DNA of 46,849 nucleotides from Perkinsus olseni (Eukaryota): NCBI GenBank assembly GCA_013115125.1, contig JABANN010000256.1, positions 1 to 46,849 of the forward strand, read 5' to 3'. Shown piece by piece: positions 11,901 to 25,021 of this stretch (position 1 is its first letter; each line of letters starts with the position of its first letter). The notes under the pieces were generated by a model. It saw only the letters and a program-made list of their open reading frames with translations, ran no database searches and was not told where the DNA came from. The position numbers and the translations under genes were made by a program.

Positions 11901-14900
11901 GCACGCTTCAACGCGGTCTTGTAATAATCAATAGCCTTCTCGTAGTCATGGATCTGAGTATCACACGAAGAGCATGCTGATAACAGCGGACGACCCCGAA
12001 CCTTGATTTACCTCGACCCAAGCCCGACCTATTTTCTTCACGAGGTTGTGGTTGTGGTCAACTTTACCGCTTTTATCGAGACGACGAGCATTCTCGAAGG
12101 CCTCGATGGCTAGTAACGGCTCCTGCGCAGACTAAGTTCATGACGGACACGGTTCGACCTACCTGTATGGAGAGGTACGCATCTCCGAGAAGAGAGAAGT
12201 TGACGACACTGGGCTGATGGTCACAGACGTCGGTGTAGCACTGGGCGTATCTTTCAACTTGTCTTCTGCACGGGTTAACCTCCCTGCGAGTATCCCACGA
12301 TTTTCTATCCTTCTTATGCTTCTTGTAGATGTCTCCCATCGTCAGGCGTGCTCTCACATAGGTAGCACTGGTCGTCGGGATGCGTCCTAGGGCGGCCAGA
12401 GCCTCGTCCACGTCACCTCTCTTGACGGCGACGTCCGCACCTAAAGGGAAGGGGACAGCAGCACACAGCCAGAAGGGGGCCGATTTACCTGCGACGATGA
12501 TGGTGACTTCCTCAGAGGTGCCCGTGAATTCTGCCAAGGCGTCTTCCTGGGCTTGCTTCGCTTCTTCTACTCTGACGACGATGAGCGTACAACTCCACAA
12601 CGAGCAGCGATGCCTACAGATCGCCGGCTGCCAAGGCCTTGATGAAGGTGCAGAAAACCATGCTCCTATCTTTAAGAGTTACATGAAGTCCATCAGAGGA
12701 GACCTTGGGGCTGCCCTTCCGAGGAGACCGTCGTCTTGTCCTCTGTCGCACCTGGCCATACTGAGTTGCAAAGGATGGTCGCTGTCTCGGAACGCATCAA
12801 GTCTGATTAAACTCCGCGACTATCATATTCGTAGCCAGCACAGCATCTACTCACCAAGGAGACCCTGGCGGAGGTAATAGTCACTATCGTGTGACGATAC
12901 CCTCGAAAAGGCGATGACCTACACCTTCAACCTCGATGGCCTCCCGCAGAAGCTTGATAGCCTCATCGATTTTATTCTCTCCCATGAGGACCTCGGCCCG
13001 TACAGCGGCATAGAGCGGATGCTGACGGACAGCGAAGTCTTGAGCGAAGCCTTGTTCGAGATATCTGAGCCTCCCCAAATTCAGGTGTGCTCTCCCTAGG
13101 TGTCCGTCACTCGGCTGCTGTGACGTGCTGATCCTGTTGTGTATAGAGGCGAGCCAGACGAATGTAGGCCTCCACCTGGGTCGGGTCGGCCCTCACCGAC
13201 TGCGCCAGCACCCTGACCATGTCGACGTACGAAGCGTAGTAATCAGGTGACTCACCGAAGTGCTTTGTCCGGACTGCCCATATCGATGTTAGCCTGGGCG
13301 AGGGCCATCCTGATCGGGAAGAGGCCGGGCATGAATCTACTAACGGTCTCGAGGACCTGATCGACGGCGCCTGGGTCATGCTTGGGGGTGGCTGAGGCAC
13401 CTTCATGCCTCTAGCGAGGTTTGTGCCTCCACCGGCAGACGCTTCCTTCTGGCTGGACGCATCAAGGGTTATGTATCTAGGAGGAGGTCGACCTAGCTGC
13501 TGAAGGGTTGAAAGATTCTTGAGGTTGATCACTGGTAAGCAATCATGGCCATGAAGTAAGGGTTCAAGTGATGGTAGAAGTCCTGGCCTGTCGAGTGCTT
13601 GAACCGCGTGAGGTGGAGGGTGAGGCCTTCGTTAAGGGAGGAGATTGCCTGCAGTTAGGGGAAGGCCGACGACAACACCAAGGATGGCGGCGAACCTGCT
13701 CTCGATGGCCTTCGTGGTGAGCAGTGATCGACCTAAGATATGCGACCTCCGCCGACTTGCCGCCTGCGAGGCACACAAAGCATCGCTGATAGTGCCGCAA
13801 CATGCTGACCTACTCCGACTCGAGGAGGCCGCAACTTCAGTGAGGAGGTCGAGTTGTTCCGAAGCCTCTAGGAAGTTACCCGACGCGATGCAGCACCTGG
13901 AGGGGGTCGTCAGAGTGATGCCCCGTCAGGTGCACATACCAGATGGTGCCATATAAGGCATCAACCTCAGAGCCTTCACCGGACGCCGCCATCGCCCGAT
14001 TGAAGTACTCAGTCGCCTGACAAGAGCGAACGAAAGGCCCGGTGAGAAATCACCGAAGAACTCCCTGAGGCCGCTAGAACCATCAAAGCGCTAGTCCCGG
14101 TGGTGGTGGAAAGAGCCCACTAGACTTCACCTCATCTGCCCTCCCCATCATGAGCTTCTGATAGCCGAGCTGCGTCAAGCATCCACCGACATAAGACGAC
14201 CTACACAAACTGTCACACCGTCCATGCCGCCTTCTCACTCATGCCCGTCCACTTCCTCGGCGCACTTGAGGGCAGCAAGGGACGCTTTGATGCAGGCCTC
14301 CACCACCCTCCGCCCTCTGGACGGGCTCGAACCATACTCCGATGCTGAGATAGACGATTGCCGAGCCTCTCAAGTGTTGTGGGCCCCACCCGTCCCGGAC
14401 GTTGGTGTCGCGCAAAGGCGAGCTATCAAAGAGGCGAAGGACAGAAGAATCTGATCAAGTGCCGCTGCTGCCGGCAGCTGTCAACGGCCTGGCTACTCGA
14501 GGATTGTCTGGCTCCTGTTGTAATAACAGCTCCTGCACGCTCTGGACACTCTGGGCCACCTTCATAGACGGCCCCTCAGTGGCTACTGTAAGTACCACCT
14601 GGGAGTCGGCCGTAGTTGTTACAGAGTATCACAGAAGCCTCACCGAGAGCTTGCCGAGCTCGATCTCGTCGGCAGCCGTCAGTTGCTGTGCCTTAGCCCG
14701 TTCTATAACGTCACGAGCCTGTCGGAGGAAGTGATGGTATATTCGATGAGGACCATCACCTGGTCGAACTCCGAGGCCAGCAAGCTCGCCCACGCTTGGC
14801 TATGGGCTGCGGCAGGGAACCTTAGGAGATAGTGAAACAGCAGCGTCGTCCTCGGGAGGAGCTCACCAATTTCCGTGCATCGCCATGCATTCAGAGTAAA

Positions 14901-16023
14901 TGTCCAAAGCTGGCGGTACTTGTCGTTTGGCTACGAGGACCTCAAAGGCGACAGCGCAGGCTAAACAGGGGGGGAGGAAGTTCGGGTCACCTCAGCCTTG
15001 CCCATGGCGGCTTCCATCACACCAGACGACTTCTGCAGGGAGGAATCGAACCATTGAGTGGCTGCATCGAGAACGGCCGTGCTGAAGTTTTTGACCTGAG
15101 GTTGATCATTGATGACAGGTAATGGGTGCGAAGGCTTCCACTTGTCCTTGCGCCATTCGATCGAAGCCTCTGTTCAGCATAGCCCAGCCCTTCAAGGCCA
15201 TCCCTGTGGGATTCAGCGAGGTCGAAACAGGGTCATCGGGATTCCTCACAGGAACTGAAGGGCGAGGGAAGCTTGTTACTTAGCCGTGGAATGGTGAAGG
15301 AACTCACTAGGTTCATCCCACTTCTGATAGGCCGGGTTAGCATCTAGATACCTGCGGCGGCCTGAGGCTGAGGTTTGGTCGGACCCCAGGCTTACCGGAT
15401 TGCACGGTCGACGTCTCCCACAAGAAAGAAGAAGAGGCTGGCCATGTTCTGGCTGGAGGTGGTGTATCTTGACGGCCATCCGTCATGCAGTGGCTCGGTG
15501 GCTGCTACTTACCCTGTGCCAGTATTCTCAAAGCTAGAGGCTGAAGCTTTCTGTTGCAGCGAAGCGATGACGCTCTGATCCTTCGCAGGTAACTGACGTG
15601 ATGGGTTGCTTTGGTCTGAATTCTTTCCTATTAGACTCGCTTTCGTGTGCATCCAGATAGCAGCAGCATAGACAGCCACTTCACAGTGTGTAGAAATGCG
15701 GGTGTTGGAGTTGACGATCGTCGTTAGGTCCTTGAGGGCACTACGGAGTGCCTTGGTTGTTCGGCCACCGGAGAGGTACCTGGGCCATCACCAGCTCTGT
15801 TCAACAGGCGAAGGGAGACAGCTGTTGTGTGCGGTGGAGTGTTTGAGTACGTGTGAGCTGCTGCTAGCAAGTCTCTGACACTCCTGTCATTGATATCGGA
15901 AGGCACGAGCCGGTCGAGTAGCGGTCCGATGGTATTGTTGTAGCCCTTGCGGCAGTAGTAGAAGGCGAGGGAACAGACCTGCTCTGAGGTCAGCTGCTGC
16001 TCGGACTGGAGCGCTAAAGCCAT
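8912..16023 (-). CDS. TTC21B: Intraflagellar transport protein 139 / TPR protein 21B, multi-exon
   Basis: C-terminal exons read [52 protein letters not shown] and VLALDEHYPRIRRDILDKARSYLRL*, matching the IFT139/TTC21B C-terminus as I recall it. The N-terminal SLAFYYCRKGY resembles the family 'INYYCQERY'. TPR-like exons occur throughout. Confidence 0.92.
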
Positions 16024-17008
16024 CAGTAACGACAACAACAGCACTGCCGGGTAAAGACCCTATCATCGGCAATACTAGGGGTTATTGCTTTGCTGTAGCA
16101 GCTCGAGGAGAACCGCGGGGTGGCGGGTGGAATATCGAATAACGCAGCCCCGCCACGCGAAGAAATCTGGATATTGATGATCAGCCTGAGAATGGTCCGT
16201 GGTGAGAATGATCCGAGGCTATAGTCTCTGATTGATACCAAGATTCGTCGACCGACCCAGGCGGAACAAGGCGCGTAGCTTCTATAGTGAAGCTGAACAG
16301 TGCTACAGGATCACTTCTACTTAGGCCGAGCTCTTGCTTGTGGGTTAGACTACTGACCGCACTTGTTGAAAAACAAGGTCATAACTTGTCAAACATTCAT
16401 ATGAACTAGTGTCTCGACGCCAGCAGTCCCGTAGTCATGGCACCTCTAGTGCACCACTGTGACAACAATCCCTTGAGTGTAGTGATCCGTTCCTCCTTAT
16501 CGTTGTTTTACTCGGATACATCATTGTGTTCGATCTGTCTCCGCGGCGTTTGCAGGTCAATGATATCTTAGCGCCCTTTGTGTATTGCTCTAGCGTGAAG
16601 CTAGTAGTTACTATTGAGACTAATTTTAATGTATGCATAACTAAGAAGTATCAAGAGCCTAACCTCCTTTTCTATGTCATAGCTTCCGTCGAGTTCAAAG
16701 GGTGGCGAGATTCCTGCTGTTTCTAGTGAACGGCCTGGTCAAGCCGGGAACACTACAGAGGCCACCATTTAGCTGATAAATCCGTGGTACTGCCCCGGTG
16801 CGGCTGAAGGCTCCGCCAGTGCGACATGACAAACGCGAGAAAGTAAGAATGAGTGGAGACTGAGCTCAGCTGCTGAGCAATGATTACAACTAAATGGAGC
16901 TTAACTCCGAAAAAGAGAAAAATAGAAGACTACTCGATTCACCGACGGAGTCGACTCGACTCAGTCGAGTATCGCCTTAGTGTGGATGTAAGACCGACGG
17001 TGATATGG

Positions 17009-17267
17009 TCACCCTTCTATGAATCCTTCAACATCATCCTAAAATACAGAACAGGCTATGTGGTAACGTAAATGAGTCACCTGCCTTGACACTTACAACG
17101 CATCTGCATTCCTTGGTAACGCACCTCTTGGCACAGAAAATACAGGCGGGGCATATCTTTCCAACAAGCATCCTTCGCAAGGACTTTCCGAGTTCCAAGT
17201 CCCCGTTCACAACAGGAAGGGCGCGGGCGATGCAGATGAGACCGAAAATGCATTGTAAGTACTTCAT
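17009..17267 (-). CDS. Secreted Cys-rich prepro-peptide, member C
   Basis: MKYLQCIFGLICIARALPVVNG|DLELGKSLRR|MLVGKICPACIFCAKRCVTKECRCV. A donor gtaagt at 17096 and acceptor at 17039 give the tail DDVEGFIEG*. An alternative donor at 17080 would end the CDS at 17034. Confidence 0.8.
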
Positions 17268-18126
17268 TTGTAAAAAATAGAGTGGAGTCAGGGCTTGAAG
17301 CAACCTGTTGGGTAACCGGCTGTATAAAACTTAACTACCCACGTACGGCTGAGGAAATGACCTACCAGAGGGGCGGTCATTTGCAACCAACTCAAAAATC
17401 GATCGCGTCATGCTGTTCCTCATACGGAATTGGCGCCACCAGTGGAAGCGACTTGTCGGGGCCAAGATTGCCTTGACGGCCTTCACCCAACTGAAGCATC
17501 ATCAGCGATGACAAAGGATATGAGATGGGAAATAGAGCCCAGAGGGAACCATCCAAAGCCTCCACTGCGTTGGGATAGATAGTACAACGTCAGTGGGAGG
17601 ATAAACTTCCGGGGACAGCGCGGAGACGTCTCACGTGACAACGGGGGCGCCTCTTGGCGCGGGAGCTCCCCGGGGAATACCTAGACCTGGGTTTTTTTAG
17701 AATCGCGAGCCACTGCAAGTCCAGCGAAGGATTCTCTTGGCGAGTCGTATGGTACCATAGCTGACGATGATAAGATCTACCTGGATTCCGTAGTTCATCT
17801 ACGGGATTCCTCGGGAAGGGGAGCACGAATTGGGGTCGTCGCGTCGCGACCCAGAGCCTGTTGCGGAATGTCTATTACTGATGGTTTCATACCCTCTCAG
17901 CATGTTTCAAGGGTTTTGATGGCACCCCACTCGGTACTGATTATAAAGGCCCACAGTTCCCGTCCTTGGATGCGCACAGTCGTGACACAACCCGTACGCG
18001 TGTAGCGGTCAGCCCAGTAAGGGCCAACGACTCGGACATCTCAGTCACTGGGATTGATTGGCTCACGCGGAACCGGCCTTCTACAGGATACAGAACCGCT
18101 CAAGTCCTTCACGAAGAGGAGTGGTA

Positions 18127-18279
18127 GAGTACGTATGGGCTGCTGCTAGCAAGTCCCTGACACTCCTGTCATTGATATCGAAAGGCACGAGCCGGTCGAG
18201 TAGCGGTCCGATGGTATTGTTGTAGCCCTTGCGGCAGTAGTAGAAGGCGAGGGAACAGACCTGCTCTGAGGTCAGCTGC
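18127..18279 (-). pseudogene. Duplicated fragment of IFT139 first exon and adjacent intron
   Basis: 153 nt nearly identical to 15845-15997 (4 mismatches by eye); no start codon and no downstream exons. Confidence 0.9.
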
Positions 18280-18448
18280 AGCTACAGTTTTCAATGAAAA
18301 CCAAGATTTGCCGACCAGCCCGGTCGGTTCTCGGTACTCGGCGCGTAGCATCTATTGCTAGATGAGTCATCCAAGATGGCCATTGCTACGGTAGCACTAC
18401 TAGTAGTGCTGCAGTAGTCTACTACTTCAGCCAAGCTTTCGCTTGTGG

Positions 18449-18515
18449 ATATCGATAGCATTACGATATTGTGGATACTGAATCAGTATCCACAATATCG
18501 TAATGCTATCGATAT
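18449..18515. repeat. Perfect 33-bp inverted repeat with 1-nt spacer
   Basis: atatcgatagcattacgatattgtggatactga-a-tcagtatccacaatatcgtaatgctatcgatat. Confidence 0.95.
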
Positions 18516-19007
18516 TACTGATGCTTGCGCAGCAGGTATCGTTAATCATTAGTAGCTTAAGCAATCGATTCTTAGTGTAATCCCGAGATTCTCTCTGGAA
18601 TGGCATCGATAAAGTCATTCACTAGCGTTAAGCTCAGGTAAAGTTCCATAGTTGTGTACTTGCACCACCGCAGTTCTACTCTTGAGTTCAACGAAAATAA
18701 CAATCTGCTCATAGCAACACCCACGCTGATAGACTACCATCCTGACAAAATTACGGTAATACGAACGAACGATTAATACTAGCGGAGCGAAGCGCTAGTG
18801 TGACATCACAAACGCAATACAGTAGCAATTAGTGGAGACAAAGCTCAGCTGCCGAAGCAACGGTTGAAACTAAATTGAGTGTTCCCCGAGTAAGGGAATA
18901 GAAGACTATTCGATTCGACGAACGGTCGCACATAGTAGTCCATCCACAAGTCGAACATCTGCTTTGTGGATGTGATAGGGTGGTGTTCACTCTCCTCTAT
19001 GAATCCG

Positions 19008-19274
19008 TCAATCTTCGTACTGAAATAGAAGACAGGATTCGCGGGAGCGCAACATGAAACACTTCCTTGACACTCACATTGCATTTACACTTGGCGTTAA
19101 TACATCGTTTAGGACAGGCGATAGAGGCGAGGCATACTTTACCAACAAGCTTCCTCCGCAAGGATCTTCCCGCTTCCACCTCCCCGTTCACGGGCCGTGA
19201 ATCACGGCAGGAATGGTACCGAAGAGGGTGGTTATGATGCAGGTAACACTGAAGATGTACGCAAAGGTCTTCAT
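19008..19274 (-). pseudogene. Frameshifted Cys-rich prepro-peptide, member D (paralog of C)
   Basis: MKTFAYIFSVTCIITTLFGTIPAV, then a 14-nt insertion (19188-19201), then NGEVEAGRSLRRKLVGKVCLASIACPKRCINAKCKCN. The second Cys is changed to Ser. Predicted 58-nt intron 19077-19020, the same length as in C. Confidence 0.8.
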
Positions 19275-20657
19275 GTGATGAAACTAAAGTGGAGTCAGCG
19301 CTTGAAAAAACCTGTCAAGTAACCGAGTGTATTAAACTAATCGTCTATGGGAGGGAAAGAAGGAAGGCAAAGGGCCCGAGGGACCTCCCACTCACTGTGT
19401 TGTTCGACGGCGTTCAACTCGCCCCCTTTCAGCTCTCGTCAAGCAGGCGAAATGAGCTAGCAGAGGTTCGGCTAGCTTCCACTAGCGCGGAAGTCGATCG
19501 CGTCATGCTGTTCCGATATGAACTTGGCGCCACTAGCCAAAGCAACTCAACGAGACTAAGATCCCTCTGACGGCCTTCACAACAAGAAAACTGATGACAG
19601 AAGAATGTTAAACGGAGTATAGATGCGAAAAGGAACCGACAAGAAGCCCTCACTGGGCCAGATTGAATGGTAAAACCACAGCTACAGGAAGAGCACCCGG
19701 AGACAGCTGGAAGACATCTCACGTGACACCGGTGGCGCCTCTCGTCGCAGGAGTTCCCCACCCAACACCTAAACCTTGTTTTCTCCAGTGCTACAGACCA
19801 TCGCCAGAGGGAGGGTTATCTTGCCGAGTGGTAGAGTTTCCTAGCTGATGATGATAAGATCTACCGTAGATTCCATAGAGCATTGTGGTGGAATCTTTGA
19901 GATGGAAACCGCGCGACCTTTTGCGCAGTAGGTAAAGTACAAAGATTGGCTTTATTAGCTATTCGCCCGCATTCGGGCCGAGCCAGCGCGCGGCCTCTCA
20001 GGCTGAGAGGTTCGGGTTCGTTCGGGTTTCGGGTTTGGGAACGCATGCCGCGTTCCAAGTAAGTACTGAGGAGAGATGGCGACGGTCGGTTCTTATTCGA
20101 GGAAGGGAAGCTTGAATTGGAGACATCGCGCCGTCTACAACTTGTAGACTACAAGCTGCCATCACGTCACGACAGCTAAGACACAACGACCCGTACGTGT
20201 GTAGCGGTCAGCACAGCGACGGCCTACAACCCAAATGTAGATAGGCCCAGGTTCGCCCCTAGTCTCGGTCCCTGGGATTGATTCACTAACGTAGAACCCG
20301 CCTTCTGCGGGATGCAGATCCGCCCGAATCGTTCGTAAATGAGACGTGATTTCAAGCTGACGGTAGTATGCTGGCTTCAGTTCCCGCGACTGGCACAAAT
20401 GACGCCCCCTCGCCGAGAAAGAAATACCATTCTGTTGCACTACAACTACTCAACACACTAGCTAGCACTTGCTGCAATTTGAGAGCAGTCTTATTCGCTT
20501 GAAGTCTCTCCAAGGAAGATCTGGGGCGGGGCCCTTCATTGCTATTCCGGTCACTGGACAACTCGACTCCTTGGCATAGGGCGAATGCATGGTAAAGTGT
20601 TTCATCTCGTCATACTGCAATGCTATAATAAAAGACGGTCAGTAAACCAAGTCGCTA

Positions 20658-23600
20658 TCATCCTGCATGAATCCGGCAGCCACATACCGCCTGCAGGAGG
20701 GCGAGCTCTCTGGGGGTGACGCTGGTCTTCGTCTCCTCCGGCAAGACCTCCATCACATCCTCCAAGCGGAAAGAATGCCCACGCGCCAATTTACTGGCCA
20801 TCGCCAAGTCACTATCGGCGACCTCGGATACGCCTGCGTGCTCAGCCAGCCGCAGTAGATCTCTTGTGTGCTGTAGGAGAGCAAGCGCCACCTCAACTGG
20901 ATACCGCGGACTTTGTGAAGGTATCATACCCTTTCTTGTCAACTTATCAATGCACCTCACAACAGGTGATACGAATTTCTGGTCTCTGAGGCCCACTTCA
21001 AGAAGAACTTCGAAAGCTTCGGCACGGTTCGGATAATAAGCCATTGAATGGATAACTATGTGGTTGAGCTTCTCAAAAACTTCCCCGCACGGGGGCTCCA
21101 GGCCGTGGGTCAAAACGTGGCGCAACGATCTGTTCACCAACGGCGATAACATGTACGTGATAAACTCAGCCAAGTCCTGCTTGAGGATACCCTCCTTTCG
21201 CCAAAACTCAGGAGACCGTGTGACGCGCTCAACTGGGTCCAAGAAGGCCAGGTATGCTCGCGAGTCGGTCGATGGTTCACAAGCATCGAAGACAAACGTG
21301 GAGGCTCTCGTCAGTATCCTTAGTAACCGTCGTGGGTCATCTATTCGACCGTCGGAGGACAGAAGAGAGTCCAGAGATTCCAAACTGGCGAGTGAATCTT
21401 CGAGTGAAGTTGGAAGCGCCTCTAGTGAGCGTGGCATTTGGTTCTGTTTTTCCTCCTCCTGCTGCCGCACCTCGGTGGCGAAGGTCGTTGGTAAGAGGAG
21501 GGCTTTGACGACCTGCGAAGACAATGCTAGGCTAGGTGAAATCGAAATGTTGACGCGGACGGTACACTCGAGTCAGCGTGTGCATCTCGTAAGGCATCTT
21601 GCATGCTTCTCCACCAACGCTGTCCCCCACGGTCCACGATAGCCCTCGCCAAAGAAGAGCATGCAGCTTGAGTCGTTGGACCGAACCTGCGGCGGCCGCT
21701 GGAAGGCAAACGGTACGGATTCGAAGGCGTATCTTCAACCAGAATAAGCGAGTACATACAGTCTGCGAAGGAGAAGAGACAGCACACAGACACAAGTGAG
21801 GCCGCTACGCCACGTGATGCGGATGCACTCAGGGCTGTATGGGGGTGTTGCCTCGAGCCCCTGCACTGCGTGATGGCATAGAAGCCTCACTCTCGCATGT
21901 GGCACCCTCTTCGTTACGGACTGTATCATAATCACGGTGTTTGCATCCACCGCCACCGAATAAGTAATTCATACAAGACAACGTGTCCGAGAGATTGAGG
22001 ATATGAGCTGGAATCTTCCCAGACTCCACCCCCTAGAGTCCATGATCCGTTACCTTGCAATTGTCACTCGGCACAGTCCTGTACGTGTCGCGCGGGTGAT
22101 TGACTCCTCATCTATCTGCAACATAAGCCCTCAAAACGAGCCAGCAGCATCAAGATTAATCTCACTTACATGATGTGCAGCTAGGAGAATGAGGTCCGCT
22201 ACTCCCCGACCACACATTGGTTCCCCAAGCAACTTTGTTATCAACTTCACGGTCTCCGAGCTGCCAGCTTTCATAGAAACCTGGCGAGCGTCGGCATAGT
22301 TGAAGGTCACTGTTCAAAGGGACCTACCGTTCGCTCCCTTTCCTTGACGATCCCTCTACTTTGTGTCAACATCCAGGTAAGCATTTGGACAGCTACAGTC
22401 TTCGGGAGGTCACAAACAGCAATTCTATCAGCGAAAGTCTGCCAGGTACGCCTGAGCTGCGAGTTGCCTGCTGCCGTTTCCTACAAATCAGACGGAGAAG
22501 TAAAAGAGCAGGTTCCCGTCCCACCGCTGTCACTATCATCCAGTGGGCCAGCAGATCGATGAAAGGCTCGCACTGCCGAGGATTCATCTCGAGGAATCCA
22601 ATCCACGACTGCACCGCAGCGTTACGTTCTTCCGCCGTCACGTCGTCGAACATGTGCCTCATGCCGAGTGACTTACTTACCTGAGAGCGCCTCATCGCCT
22701 ACGACGCATCTAGGGCTCTGCCGCTTTACCAGCCTACTCTCCGCTCTAACACTTGCGTCTCGAACTGCCGCTTCACTTGCTTCCGGCGTTCCTGAGTCGA
22801 CCCGACGCTGCAGCCGCCAAGGTTACACGCTTCCTCGTCCCGCAAAGCACGCAACGCTATCAGCTCTCGAGTTGGCCTTAGTCGAATCAGCGACGACTCA
22901 TCCTTGCTCTCAGCAATCGACGTCGTCGTCACCCGCGGAATACTTGGGCTGCTAAGAACTCGAGGGGCCGTATGGATGTACTTTACGAGGACATCATCAG
23001 CATCTGTGTCTTTGGCCTTGACTCCGCCCTTGAGACAAGCGGGTCCAACAGGAGCTCTGGAAGCCTTCCAGTGGGAAGCAAGGGCCTTGGCTGCACTGGA
23101 ACTGGCGACCGAACAGGGACCGGCCGCTTGCCCTTGCCGCTGAGTTTTCAAGACGGCTGCCGTCGCCCGAGACAGCACAGGCCGCAGTGCCTGCCTTTCT
23201 GATGCGGTGAGCGATTCCAGCTCTGCATTGATAGTAGCCTTATCCACTGTGGGGAGGAGATATCTCAGCAGCCTCTCACTGGCGGACCGTAGACCAGGAT
23301 GGCGATCCGTCAAGCAGCCGCTGGCCAACAGCGTCGGCAAGATGTCTGCCGGAATTGCCTGAGATCAATCATGACCAAGTGGCAATGGAGTTCATTTAAC
23401 TGCGTTTCTTCGGACCCTCCTCAGGCCGCTTGACTCGGTCTACCTTTGCTCCTCCAACTTTGGCCTGCAAGAGTTGCAACAGTCGAGCCTTCAACTCGCT
23501 GCTAGTCCCTGTACGCCCACTACTGCTGAGCACGCTCTTACACACAATCTGAAGCACCCATCTCGACACGAGCCGCAGCAGCGGCTGTGAGCATCGTACC

Positions 23601-25021
23601 TCCCACCACTCCACTAGCTCGGCCCCAACCCACACCTCGTGGCAGCTCTGGGCGGCACCACTGACCTGTGGGCTGCCATCAGCCAGACGACGGGCTGTGA
23701 CCATCCCCAGACTCCTTAGAAGTATTCTGAGTTGAGACGAACGGTTTTTGGGTGAGTTACTCAACTCGCGGTACCGACTTGCAATGAGGGTCCGCTTTAG
23801 CGGCCAGGCATACAACACCGAGTGCCGTGGAGAGGCACTTCCTATGCGTCTCCTTTTCAATGAGGTTGCTCAGGCTGGCGCCGATCTCCTCAGTGATGCT
23901 CCTCCCACAGACACGTTCATTAACAAGGGCGGACTTGAGGCTAGTGAGAGCTTCCATGCGGACGCTCCATTGCCTGCTGAGGAGCTGCTCTGCCACTATG
24001 TACGAAGGAGAACCTAGTCGGTGTAATGGCCATCAGCTGGCCGCTAGGAAACCTCACCTAGCACGTCGCCGATAGGCCTCTTCGATACGGGCACTGGAGG
24101 AGGTTGCTCGTCGGTACTGAGAGGCTTGCTTCTCCTCCTCTCATCAGGGCTTCGTCCTGCCTTACGGGATACAGTCTGACTTGCGTTAGACTTCAAACCA
24201 TCGGCAACAACTACTGGTATATCAAACCGGACACCACCGCCAGGTAGATCCTCGTTGAAGCCATCGATCCGTGCGATAGGAGGGATAGCGGGCTCGTAGC
24301 TTCCGCAGTAATTAAGGTGGGCTCTCATAGATTCGCCACCGTAACCACAGAGGCATCGGGCGAGCTTCTCTCCAACTCGTTGAAGCTGTGGACATCCGAG
24401 GAGATCCTCCCGGCACCACAAGAGGATCGGCCCGAGAACCCTCTCCGGGTACTTTAAAGTGCACGGACTGAAGTTGACCATGAGGGAGACCAAGGCGTCC
24501 ACACCCCGCTCGATGAAGAGCCGGCACCAAGATGAACTCGGTTTGTCTACTTCGACCATGACTAAAGCTAATACCGCAAGGGGGCCGTCCAGGCCTTTCT
24601 TCATCGCCACAGTATGGAGGATGCGAGTGACAGTTGACCCACACTTTACATCAGATAGGTAGGCGCGGATGATTCGCGGTAGAATGATATCGTATGCCGT
24701 AGTCTCCAGCCAAGCATCCCCTTCAAACAGAGCCAGTATAGTAGTCATGATGCATTGCTTCACTTGAAGCACCGCATCCACGAGAAAGCCGTCACAGAGA
24801 GCAAGGCGGGTCAATAAGGCGTGATTGTGTTGAGGGTCTACCGGACTGAGGTTATCAGCTAGCCAAGTGTACGCCTCTTTGCGGTCATTAACAGTCTTCT
24901 TTTGCAAAGATGTGATGATATTATCTGGAATTGTGGCCTCCATAGCGGCTTCGGGGGCCCTTTGGGGAATGCAAAGCGCTATGGCGGAGCGGAGCGTCTC
25001 TGCTGGAGGTGACGGAGGCAT
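20658..25021 (-). CDS. Multi-exon HEAT/TOG-like protein, possibly XMAP215- or CLASP-related microtubule-associated
   Basis: Long minus-strand ORFs (325, 204 and 288 aa) separated by intron-like gaps. Motifs EQLLSRQWSVRMEALTSLK and SLQKKTVNDRKEAYTWL resemble TOG first-repeat 'L.S..WK.R.EA'. HEAT-like RRLADGSPQV and CLTDRHPGLRSAS. The family call and joining into one gene are tentative. Confidence 0.55.

Larger units (their letters stand above)
16852..20325. repeat. Diverged tandem duplication (about 16852-18100 vs about 18831-20325), each copy carrying a peptide gene
   Basis: Collinear similar blocks: agtggagac..agctcagctgc at 16852/18831, the peptide genes, gatcgcgtcatgctgttcc at 17401/19496, and cccgtacg.gtgtagcggtcagc at about 17991/20190. 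Confidence 0.85.
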
